Positions 33,221 to 44,249 of a stretch of 64,000 bases of DNA are shown here, in pieces. The stretch spans positions 407,030,001 through 407,094,000 of the forward strand of contig NW_027362762.1 in NCBI RefSeq assembly GCF_046119375.1. The letters run 5' to 3'. Source of the DNA: Phyllobates terribilis. Its lineage: Eukaryota. The notes below the pieces were generated by a model, which saw only the letters and a program-made list of their open reading frames with translations, did no database searches and was not told where the DNA came from. Positions within the stretch are counted from its first letter, which is position 1. Each line of letters begins with the position of its first letter. The translations under genes were made by a program, and so were the position numbers.

Positions 33221-33798
33221 TCATATTAAATAAAGATGAGACATATGATATTCCTCAGTTACGAATACAGTCAGTATTCTTTTTACTTCCTCATTCCATT
33301 GACCATGTTCAGTTTTTCACACAGAATTGTCTTTGATACAGAAGGGAAATTATTCTTAGTACAGAATCTATCTGTTCAATTATGATGTTTTTGAATAGTG
33401 CAAGTTCTTAAGTTCAGTTTTCCATGTTGTATGCATCAGAGTTATAACTATGTGGTCCCTATGAAATATTAATGCATATGGTCCCCTTTGGCAGCTCTTG
33501 TGCAGTAGAACATTTTTTAATTGTGCCTCCACACAGTAATGTCTTTTTTATGCTCAAATGGAACAATAATGCCCTGTCTCCATTGGCAACAGTACAATAA
33601 AAATGTACATCATTTCAGCACCCATATGATAATAGTGCCTATTAGTGATGAGCGAACGCACTTGCCACTACTCGGCGCTCGGCGAGTATTTCTGGGTTGC
33701 TCGGGTGGGAGCTCGGGTCCCCGCCCTGCATATTTGGCATTCTTTAGAGAGCCTATGAACATACAGGGATTGCTTGCCATAGCCATGTTGGTTGTGGG

Positions 33799-36700
33799 CA
33801 TTACAGTGCTTGGCTGGCTGCTCAGCGTCATCAGGTCTATATAAGTATACCCCGGAAACAGGCAGAGTAGGGAGAAATGCTGCTGAGTCAGGGAGAGATT
33901 TGCTTGTTTATAGATAGTATAGGTATTCCACAACATATATCTATATCCATTTGAACTAACAGTCCTTCTGAGGACTAATCCAGCTGCATATATTCAGTGG
34001 TGATAGCAGAAGTTAGGCAGTTAGGGTATGTGGCAGACTGCAGGTCATACAGCACAAGAGGGTCCATAGCACATTCTGACTGATCCTGCTGTGACAGATA
34101 TTTGTAGACAAAGCCCCAGATATCAGGGGCTAGGGCTAATTTTTTTTATCTTAATCCTGGCTATTTGTTTAAAAAGCAAGGCAGGCAGGGTATGTGACAG
34201 ACTGCAGTGCATGATACAGCACAAGAGGGTCCATTGCACGTTCTGACTGCTTCTATAACAGATATTTGTAGACATAGCCGCAGGTATCAAGGGCCAGGGC
34301 TATTTTTTTTTTAATCTTAATCCTGATTATTTGCTTCAAACCAATCCAGAGTACACAATTTTTCTGCTCCATTTGCCGAATACAGCCAGATCTTTTCCAT
34401 ATTACAGCGATAAAAATCCAGAAATTTGTAGGGAACATGGAAAATATTGGCCTCCATTTCCATTTTGTTGCAGTGTGTCAGCAAAGCTATTCACACGAGG
34501 TTGTTGTGAAGAATAGTATTAGTAAGCTACAGGCCTGCAATTTACAACCGTGGTTCTTCATCAGACGTATCACATAAATGCGTTCCAAAATCAGCCATTT
34601 CTGGCTTCAATTTTCATTTTGTTGCAGTGTGTCAGCAAAGCTACTGACACAAGGTCGCTGTGAAGAATGCTATTAGTAAACTACAGGTCTGCAATTTAAA
34701 ACCGTGGTTCTCTGTCAGACGTATCACATATAACTGCGTTTCAAAATCAGCCATTTCTGGCTCCTATTACCATTTTGTTGCAGTGTGTCAGCAAAGTTAT
34801 TCACACGAGGTCGCTGTGAAGAATAGTATTAGTAAACTACAGGCCCGCAATTTAAAACTGTGGTTCTCCGTCAGACGAATCACATATAACTGCGGTTCAA
34901 ATCCAGCCATTTGTAGTGAACGTGGAAATTATTGTCCTCCATTTGTAGATTGTAGCAGTGTGTCAGTGTACACCATTTTACAGCTCCATTTGCTTGTTTG
35001 CAGAATACAGCCAGATTTTTTTAGTTTTATTCATATTGCTGTATTGTGGGAGCAGAGGAATTTTTTTCAATGATCAGACGCACGTGATCCACATGACTGC
35101 TGTAATAATACAGAAATTTTGTTGAGCCTGCCAAATATTCCACTCCATTTAAAGTCAGCCAGCAGTTTTTTGTTGAACCAATTGATACTTGGTCGCTGAC
35201 ACATACTATACTATTAGGCGACTGCCTGAAAACGTGGCCATCAGACGTTATCACATATGACTGCCCTAATAATCCAGCAATTTTTGTGAGCATGTCAAAT
35301 ATTACACACTATTCAAAGTATTGCAGTTGTTGGTTCAAACCTATTCATAGTTGGCCGCTGGCAAATAGCATATCTGTGATCAATGTTGTCAGAGTGTTAC
35401 GCCACTTTTACGGACTGACAAAAAAAACATACAAAAAACAAGCTAAAATGGAAAAAATGTTAAGAAACATTCTTTCCTGGTTAATGACTTTTATATAAGG
35501 CCAAAGAAATAAAACAAATAAAGATATGGACTGTGGAAGACATTTATGTGACCAGAATGAACACACATTACAGTGCTTGGCTGGCTGCTCAGCGTCATCA
35601 GGTCTATATAAGTATACCACGGAAACAGGCAGAGTAGGGAGAAATGCTGCTGAGTCAGGGATAGATTTGCTTGTTTATAGATAGTATAGGTATTCCACAA
35701 CATATATCTATATCCATTTGAACTAACAGTCCTTCTGAGGACTAATCCAGCTGCATATATTCAGTGGTGATAGCAGAAGTTAGGCAGTTAGGGTATGTGG
35801 CAGACTGCAGGTCATACAGCACAAGAGGGTCCATAGCACATTCTGACTGATTCTGCTGTGACAGATATTTGTAGACAAAGCCCCAGATATCAGGGGCCAG
35901 GGCTAATTTTTTTTATCTTAATCCTGGCTATTTGTTTAAAAAGCAAGGCAGGCAGGGTATGTGACAGACTGCAGTGCATGATACAGCACAAGAGGGTCCA
36001 TTGCACGTTCTGACTGCTTCTGTTACAGATATTTGTAGACATAGCCGCAGGTATCAAGGGCCAGGGCTATTTTTTTTTTTAATCTTAATCCTGATTATTT
36101 GCTTAAAACCAATCCAGAGTACACAATTTTTCTGCTCCATTTGCTTGTTAGCACTGCCGAATACAGCCAGATCTTTTCCATATCACAGCGATAAAAATCC
36201 AGAAATTTGAAGGGAACGTGGAAAATATTGGCCTCCATTTCCATTTTGTTGCAGTGTGTCTGCAAAGCTATTCACACGAGGTTGTTGTGAAGAATAGTAT
36301 TAGTAAGCTACAGGCCTGCAATTTACAACCGTGGTTCTCCATCAGACGTATCACATAAATGCGGTCCAAAATCAGCCATTTCTGGTTTCAATTTTCATTT
36401 TGTTGCAGTGTGTCAGCAAAGCTACTCACATGAGGTCGCTGTGAAGAATACTATTAGTAAACTACAGGTCTGCAATTTAAAACCGTGGTTCTCTGTCAGA
36501 CGTATCACATATAACTGCGTTTCAAAATCTGTCATTTCTGGCTCCTATTTCCATTTTGTTGCAGTGTGTCAGCAAAGTTATTCACACGAGGTCGCTGTGA
36601 AGAATAGTATTAGTAAACTACAGGCCCGCAATTTAAAACTGTGGTTCTCCGTCAGACGAATCACATATAACTGCAGTTCAAATCCAGCCATTTGTAGTGA

Positions 36701-37345
36701 ACGTGGAAATTATTGTCCTCCATTTATAGATTGTAGCAGTGTGTCAGTGTACACCATTTTACAGCTCCATTTGCTTGTTTGCAGAATACTGCCAGATTTT
36801 TTTAGTTTTATTCATATTGCTGTATTGTGGGAGCAGAGGAATTTTTTTCAATGATCAGACGCACGTGATCCACATGACTGCTGTAATAATACAGAAATTT
36901 TGTTGAGCCTGCCAAATATTCCACTCCATTTAAAGTCAGCCAGCTGTTTTTTGTTGAACCAATTGATACTTGGTCGCTGACACATACCATACTATTAGGC
37001 AACTGCCTGAAACCGTGGCCATCAGACGTTATCACATATAACTGCCCTAATAATCCAGCAATTTTTGTGAGCATGTCAAATATCACACTCTATTCAAAGT
37101 ATTGCAGTTGTGGGTTCAAACCTATTCACAGTTGGCCGCTGACATATAGCATATCTGTGAACAATGTTGTCAGAGTGTTACGCCACTTTTACAGACTGAC
37201 AAAAAAAACATACAAAAAACAAGCTAAAATGGAAAAAATGTTAAGAAACATTCTTTCCTGGTTAATGACTTTTATATAAGGCCAAAGTTATAAAAAAAAT
37301 AAAGTTATGGACTGTGGAAGACATTTATGCGACCAGAATGAACAC
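33799..37345. repeat. 1.77-kb tandem duplication (33799-35564 and 35565-37345), each copy holding three ~155-bp sub-repeats
   Basis: cattacagtgcttggctggctgctcagcg at 33799 and 35566; paired ORFs in the track (34660/36408, 35027/36808, 35286/37067); scattered substitutions and a 13-bp indel. Confidence 0.93.
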
Positions 37346-37719
37346 TAATCTGTAGTTGGTGATGATACCACCTAAGAGCACCCGTCACTGTTGTTAATGC
37401 ATCTAACAGCGTTATCAATAGTGAATAGAAGAGATTTTACATTTTTTTGAGCAGCACCAGCAGCACGTAGTATAAGGCAATAATACCTGGCTGGATCGAT
37501 GTAATACGCTATACATACTGCGATACCTCACTCGTAAAAGAATTTCAGATAAGACAGTTAATATTCTAGAATATAAAATTTATTTTAATTGTTCTTGCCA
37601 TTATTAAGGAGTGTGTCTCCTATGCTGTTATTGCATATGCAGCAATTTCAAGGTATAGGGCTGCCAAAAATTAGGACAAACTCCAATACACATTTGAAGA
37701 GACGTAAAAAATAAGTAAA

Positions 37720-38400
37720 TAAAAACACAGTAGGATCTTTCTTTAGTATAAAAATCTGACTCGCCAATGTAACCTCAATGCAATCACATTTTTTAGCTCC
37801 TGGACCTTCTTCTCCTCCTCTTGTTCAGCCTCTGTCTCCGAAACGACCACATCAGACAGAAGCTGGAAGCACTGCAGTACTGCCTTGGCCAAGCGGCAAC
37901 AGACTGTGCTGAAGATAATATGCTTAATGATTAAGTGACAAACCGCCCACCATTTCAGAGTTGTTGAAAACTGTAACATGTCAGCCTGATCTGCTGAACA
38001 TACAGCCAGGCATGGTCGTGTGTGACAATGGGGGGAACCTGATGGCGGAGAAATGACAGCCAGAGTAGATATGGTTTCCCTCTATTCCAATCCTTTCACC
38101 AAGCTAAAAAATATGGCTGTGGTGAAATACAACTCTCACTGAGAAACAGTGTCAGACTGAAAAACATTGGGCTCACCAGAGGATTTGATTCTGATGGCCC
38201 ACCTTTCTCCCCCGCTCAAGACCCCATAGCAGCTGCAAAGTTTGCGCTATCATGAACTGTCCTGATGGAGAAGCCAGGGCCCCTCCGAGGATTCTCTGGT
38301 GGGCCCATCCAACCCTGCCGAGAAGCAGCCTTGCTCAGAAAATCAGTGGGAAGGTTCCCAGACACTCTATGGCTGCTTTTTTACTGTGGACTAGCTCCAG
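37720..38400. repeat. Inverted paralog of 63340-64000 (hAT-derived fragment)
   Basis: 37860-37930 and 38040-38260 are reverse complements of sequence at 63430-63900; includes a VCDNGGNL transposase remnant. Confidence 0.75.
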
Positions 38401-38427
38401 CAATCTATAAGATTGTAATCTATAAGA

Positions 38428-38920
38428 TCCCTTCACTGGCTCCCCATTGGCCAGAGACTTCAGTTCAAAACCATAACCATGACATGCAAAGCCACCCACA
38501 ACCTGTCTCCTCCATATTTCTGTGACCTAGTCTCCCGGTACATACCTGCACGCAACCTCCGATCCTCACAAGATCTCCTTCTCTATGCCTGTCTTATCGC
38601 CTCTTCCCACAATCGCATACAAGATTTTTCCCATGCATCCCTTCTACTCTTGAACTCTGTACCCATACATATCAGACTTTAAAAGGAAGCTGAAGACCCA
38701 TTTCTTCCAACAAGCCTACAACCTGTAGTAACCCTTGCTCCACCATACCGCTGCACGACCAGCTGTACCCTCACTTACTGTATCCTCACCCATCCCTTAT
38801 GGACTGTTTATGCGCCCTCACGGGCAGGGTCCTCTCTGCTTTTGTACCAGTCAGTCTGTGACCTCTTTCACATGAAAAGCGCAATGGAATAAATGGCGCT
38901 ATAATAATAAATAATAATAA
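38428..38920 (+). mobile_element. L2 LINE 3' fragment with (AAT)n tail
   Basis: cttcactggctcccc...ctgaagacccatttcttccaacaagcctaca...ggcgctataataataaataataa. Confidence 0.85.
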
Positions 38921-39156
38921 TTATACTATTTGTACTCTGGGTCAATTGATAGCACTTTCCTGGTGACAGCCCCTAAATTTGTGTTTTGGCAGCTTTTGGT
39001 CCCGTTTGAAGGTGTTGTGTATGCACTTGGTTTTGGCACCCATTGAATCCAATGGCATTTGGCAATGTTCGGTGAATATTCGACAATTACATTGGCAAAT
39101 ATTGCAAAACCGGTGATTTTATTCCGAAATGAATATTGAAATATTCGCTCATCTCA
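38921..39156 (-). mobile_element. hAT terminus homologous to 24360-24543 and to the hAT-A right end
   Basis: Ends in ttcgctcatctca; its reverse complement shares aacaccttcaaa...ccaaaagctg and ggaaagtg...agtacaaatagt with those ends. Confidence 0.75.
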
Positions 39157-39164
39157 AATCAGAA

Positions 39165-39790
39165 ACACCCTTAAAAATTTTTTGTGGGTGTTGCATCACG
39201 GTCACCCTGGTGATATGGTGGTGGAGGATGAAGAGAAGGAGGAGGGTGACATAAAATAGAACAATTCCTGAAGGGTATACCTATGTCTGGGTGTGAAGGG
39301 GTGCAATGGAATAGACCCCACAAAAAATAACCACTGGATTTTAGTTTATGTTTCATGCTATCATCTGGTGGTGTTGAGAAGTCTGGCCCAAACCTGCCCT
39401 TGTTCATTTTTATAACAGTCAGCCTGTCAGCATTTTCAGTTGGCAGGTGGATGCACCTATCAGTTTTATCAGTTATAATACCCTCAGCGGCACTTAAAAC
39501 CATCTCTGACAAAACGCTAGCGACCAGGACCTCCAAGGCGTAGAGAGACAGTTCATGCCACGTATCCAGCTTGGATACTCAACAGTTGAAAGGCACAGAG
39601 ACAGAGAGGATCATGGAGGATGCTGGTATTATCGCCAAGGTAGTTCTTCATGTATCAGGGCCTGGGCACCGGAAGGGTCTGAGAAAACTGTCCCAGACCT
39701 TTGACAGTGTTCTCATGCCTCTGCCGCATCTGGTTTGTGACTCCCTCGCTTGTACTGTCTGACTGTGATCTCTGCCGCCAGCGTTGTCAG
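39165..39790 (-). pseudogene. hAT transposase C-terminal fragment with 3' flank (paralog of 13625-13722 plus 20377-20960)
   Basis: LEVLVASVLSEMVLSAAEGIITDK...TENADRLTVIKMNK...GPDFSTPP. Confidence 0.85.
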
Positions 39791-39829
39791 ATGGGAATTT
39801 TTTTGTTATAATTCTTCAACAAGAACCTG

Positions 39830-40384
39830 AACTTAATATCTCCAAAAATGAACTCCTTCGGTTTCCTCCCACTACTAATCTACCTATACCTGACTTTGCA
39901 ATTTCCATTAGGTGGTGCCACCATAACTCCCACTCGGCACGCATGCTGTCTTGGAGTAATATTTGACACACAACTTTCCTTTATTCAATGTGGAAAATCC
40001 CTCACTCACTCATGTCACCTGCACCTTAAAAACATCTCCAGAATTCGACCTTTTCTCACCTTTGTTATTGCAAAAAGTCTTACTGTCGCTCTTATTCACT
40101 ACTGCAACTCCCTTCTAATCGGTCTCCCTCTAAACAAACTGTCTCCTCTCCAATCCTTTCTGAATGCAGCAGCCAGGGTCGTATTTCTATCAAGCCACTT
40201 CACAAAAGCCTCTACTCTGTGACAGTCATTGCACTGGTTAGGTTAAACAATCACTACAGAATACAATACAAACTCATCTCTCTCACCTACCAAGCTTTCC
40301 ACAGTTCTGCACCGACCTATATCTCATCACTCATTTCTGTGTATCATCACTTCTCCCATGCCCTCCGATCTGAAACTGATCTAA
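39830..40384 (+). pseudogene. L2 LINE fragment, continuing at 44153-44240
   Basis: CLGVIFDTQLSF...HLKNISRIRPFLT...YCNSLLIGLP...LNAAAR; tctgaaactgatctaa is duplicated at 40369-40384 and 44153-44168. Confidence 0.85.
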
Positions 40385-40386
40385 TA

Positions 40387-40809
40387 TTAAACCAAAAACC
40401 TGGCACTCAAATAGACTTGAAGATTTCTTTGAAGATTTTTATAAAAAATAATTGTTTAATGATAATGTAGTACAATAAGCAGACGTTTCGGTCCCACGGA
40501 CCTTCATCGGTGTACAGAAGAAGTCTAGAAGAGATGAGCTGTGGGGTATAGTGATCAAGGGTGGCTGTGATGGAGGGAGAACGCGGTGTCCTTGAACAAG
40601 CGGTGGACACCGCGTTCTCCCTCCATCACAGCCACCCTTGATCACTATACCCCACAGCTCATCTCTTCTAGACTTCTTCTGTACACCGATGAAGGTCCGT
40701 GGGACCGAAACGTCTGCTTATTGTACTACATTATCATTAAACAATTATTTTTTATAAAAATCTTCAAAGAAATCTTCAAGTCTATTTGAGTGCCAGGTTT
40801 TTGGTTTAA
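40387..40809. repeat. Perfect palindrome, 205-bp arms and 13-nt loop; Penelope-like inverted pseudo-LTR candidate
   Basis: 40387-40591 is the reverse complement of 40605-40809, with no mismatch found by eye; loop ttgaacaagcggt. Arm content includes a hammerhead-like motif and ttgagtgcc, both typical of PLE pLTRs. Confidence 0.92.
40686..40714 (+). ncRNA. Minimal type-I hammerhead ribozyme-like motif (U4C core variant); mirror copy on the minus strand at 40482-40510
   Basis: CCGAUGA-A-GGUCC-GUG-GGACC-GAAA-C-GUC: core, 5-bp stem II, palindromic ACGU in place of stem III, GUC cleavage triplet. Stem I is only 2 bp. Confidence 0.55.
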
Positions 40810-41493
40810 CACTAGAACTACTGATGGAGTCATTTTGACTCCTTTCGTTTTTTATTTCTCTTCTGTGACTACATTTTTCAGATTTCCGGCTTGAAACTCG
40901 GTGACTTTTCCTCAAATATGATGTGAAAAAAGATTTTGTGAGAATAAATAATTTTGGTGAAAAATTTGCGCGTTTTTTTCAAAATTTACCAAGAACTACT
41001 GAAGGTAGTCATTTTGACTCCCTACTATATTTTGAGGTCCTTTTGTCACTAAATGTTGCTATAAAGTTTTGTGCATAATTTTTTCACTCTGTCTTATTTA
41101 CCCTGATGTTCATATAGATGTAGTTCAATTTACATGTCAACTTTTCACATTTTCCTTGTGTTTTACCTGCTTGTATTACTGTGTAATGCTGAACAAAATA
41201 GCTTGTTTACTCTAGGCTCTTATCTTATGCTAATGAAGGGTGGTGTTTTTCTAAGGTCCTAGCAGAAGACAGTATTCTGGATAGTAACTTTACTTTCAGT
41301 TCAGCTGAAGAGACAAAGAGAACAGACGCAGACATACGAGCTCTGAAGACTCATACAGGTATGAATTGTTATGAAATAGTTTAGCTGTCTGTCAACTGAT
41401 TCAGCCCACCTACTTTTGAAGGTGGCAGAACAGTTATTATTTCTTTTAATTTTCATTTCATTTCTATTTTTCAGCAGGGAACTATATAGAATT

Positions 41494-43738
41494 ATGGAAT
41501 TTGTGAGGAATATGGAGAGAAGACGTTTGATAAAGCCTCAGGATATTCTGGCTACTTTGCAATCCATACCGGAGGATGAATCGGAATCCGAATTGCAGGA
41601 ACATGTATTTGATTCTGACAGTGATGAAGATTTCATTCCTCAGAACATATCAAGTGAATCTGAAGACTCAGAAGGAACAAATCCAGAAGGTAAGTAGTTA
41701 TGTGTATTTATTTGTTCTTCCACACACTGAGTTAGGGCCTGTGCACACTAGCAGAATTCTGGCTGAATAGCCATCTGGATATTCTTGCCGCAATACAGGC
41801 CGTACCTGCCCGCTCATGCCTGAAGCTCCGCTCCGAACCCCGGGCTGGAGCCGCTGTCAGGGACAGAGCAGCGCTTGCTTACGCGCGAGCACGGCTCCGT
41901 CCCAGACAGCGGCTCCAGCCCGGGGTTCGGAGCGGAGCTTCAGGTATGAAACTCCGCTCTGTACCTGAGCGGGCAGGTACGGGCCGGATTGTGGTGAGAA
42001 TATCCGGTCGGATATTCCGCCGCTAATCCAGCCAGTGTGCACGGACCCTTACAAAACAAAAATTCTAAATATTCATCAACTTTTTTACAGATATTCCAAG
42101 CACATCAACTGGGGATCGGGCTCATGCAGTTATGTTGCCTCGTGACCATCCTCCTGGTCGTGGACAGAAAAAATCAGCAAAACGTCCCAGAAATGAAAGA
42201 ACAACAGATAACGATGGCGGCGAAGGTAATGCAACAACAAACACCAGAGAAGGCGAATCTGAAGGAATACTAGTTTCAGCGGATGGTATTCAATGGAAAC
42301 CTGTTGAAATTGGAGAACACTTGCCTGGTAGGCGTGACAGCCAAAATATTCTTCGAGAAGCACCTGGCCCTACAGGATACGCCAGAAGAAATATCATTAT
42401 CGATAGTCTTTGAGCGCATGGCGTTTATTTTTTGATTCATATATATTGACACATATAAAGAACTGTACGCTTGCAGAAGCATGCAGGAACAATAATTTAC
42501 AGTTTACTCTATCTGATGAGGAGCTAGATGCATTCGTTGCGATATTCTATGCTCGTGGAATATCTGGCACGAACCGTCACTCGATTAGCAGTATTTGGTG
42601 TAATGACTGGGGAATACCGTTTTGCAAAGCGACAATGTCTAGGGACCGCTTTGTTGAAATTATGAGGTTTCTCAGATTTGATGAGAAATCTACTCGATCG
42701 GAGAGACTGCAAACGGACAAGTTTGCTCTATTTTCTACTGTGTGGGACAGGTTTATTGAAAATTGTATTGCGTGTTACAAACCTGGCCCATACATAACGG
42801 TGGATGAGCAACTTTTCCCAAGCAAAACTAGGTGTCCATTCACGCAGTACATGCCTTCCAAACCAGATAAATATGGCCACAAATATTGGCTAGCTGTTGA
42901 TAAGAGGAGCAAATATCTGGCAAATGGCTTCCCTTATCTAGGCAAAGATGACACACGCCGTGCTGAGGACCGTTTAGCTGACCATGTGGTAATGAAGTTA
43001 TTGGACCCGTTTTTGAAAAAAGGTCGCAATGTTACAACCGATAATTATTTTACTTCAGTAAAATTAGCTAAACAGCTAAAAAGCAAAGGAACAACCATCG
43101 TGGGAACACTGAACAAGATAAGGCGAGAAGTGCCTAAAGAAATAAAATCCATGAAAGAGGAATTGTACAACACTAAAGTGTTTAGAAATGAAGACAATTT
43201 TACACTTACAGTATATCAAGGAAAGCCCAACAAAAATGTTGTCATTTTGAGTTCCGTCCATCCAGATGTTGTTGTTGCGTCTGATTCCGCTAAAAAAACT
43301 CCAGAAACGGTAAAGTTTTACAATGAAACAAAATATGGAGTAGATGTAGTGGATCAGATGGCACGAAAATATACCACACGAACATGCACAAGGAGATGGC
43401 CTGTTCATGCATTTGAAAATGCCTTAGACTTTGCGGGTATAAATGCATGGATAATATTCAAAGAGATTACCCACCAAAAAATGTCACGCAAGGCATTTTT
43501 GCAAACGCTTGTGAGAGAGTTGAGTGGTCCTTATGTCACAGATAGGGAAAAGGGTTCCACGTCCCAAGTTTCTACATGCTCAGAAGTGATGGTTCAAACA
43601 AAATTTTGCCAGATCAAAGAAAAGTGCAAGAAAAATAGATCTGTCGGAAATTGTAAGACTTGTGGTAAGTCTTTGTGTGGGCAATGTACTGCCATAAATC
43701 AAAGGCAATGCCTAAAATGCGAAACACCAAATGTTTAG
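41494..43738 (+). pseudogene. Spliced piggyBac transposase (exons 41494-41689 and 42091-43738) with one frameshift at ~42408
   Basis: Acidic N-terminus; GAAG|gtaagt donor and ttttttacag| acceptor join in frame. Catalytic VDEQL, TDNYFTS and GVDVVDQ. C-terminal cysteine-rich domain (CQIKEKC...CKTCGKSLCGQC...CLKC). Adding one base restores DSPLSAW. Confidence 0.88.
41735..42048. mobile_element. PIF/Harbinger-type foldback MITE inside the piggyBac intron
   Basis: TIRs GGGCCTGTGCACACT / AGTGTGCACGGACCC; TTA TSD (41732-41734 / 42049-42051); long internal palindrome. Confidence 0.85.
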
Positions 43739-44249
43739 AAGGTGAATTCTGCGCCATATTTTCATTTTTATGCTCCTCCACCTACATTTTCTCTGCTTTT
43801 TGTTCTTCAGTTGTTGTTTATATGTGTGCACTTGAATAAAAAAAAATGTTTGAAAAACGTCTATTATAATTATTGTTATTTTCTGTAGAAAAATAAGAAA
43901 AGCAGAAAAAAAACAATCAAAAGCATTACTGTTGGATCTCACAATAATAATACATTACAAAAAATATAATTATTAATAAATAACCACAAATGAAACTCTA
44001 AAAATAAACGAAAACAAGCAAGGAGTCAAAATGACTCCTTTCAGTAGTTCTAGGCGGGGTCACGAGTCCAGTAGTCCTAGTGTTAATATTACGTCGGGCT
44101 TGCAACCCTACCTGAGCACCTCACTACTCCAGGAGTGCGGTAGTTTCTCTATTCTGAAACTGATCTAAGACTGACATCCTCCTTAATCAGAACCTCACAC
44201 ATCCATCTCCAAGAATTCTCTCGTGCCGTGCCAGTTTTCTATAATGATC

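Larger units (their letters stand above)
40810..44082 (+). mobile_element. Complete piggyBac element (3273 bp)
   Basis: TTAA at 40806-40809 and 44083-44086. TIRs CACTAGAACTACTG / CAGTAGTCCTAGTG (13 of 14). Internal IRs ggagtcattttgactcc (40826-40842) and ggagtcaaaatgactcc (44022-44038). Confidence 0.93.

Noticed and set aside
40387-40809. Palindrome as a TTAA-flanked T2/piggyBac-type MITE
   Set aside because: The symmetry extends beyond the TTAA once the piggyBac is removed, so the TTAA pair is part of the arms, not a TSD.
42408-42413. CTT TGA as a programmed +1 frameshift site (RF2-like) rescuing the piggyBac ORF
   Set aside because: Joining the ORFs needs a -1 shift, not +1, and no -1 slippery heptamer is present. 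A 1-bp deletion explains it.
44092-44130. Second hammerhead remnant on the minus strand (gggttgcaagccc-gacgt)
   Set aside because: It lacks both the CUGAUGA and GAAA cores, so it is too degenerate to call.
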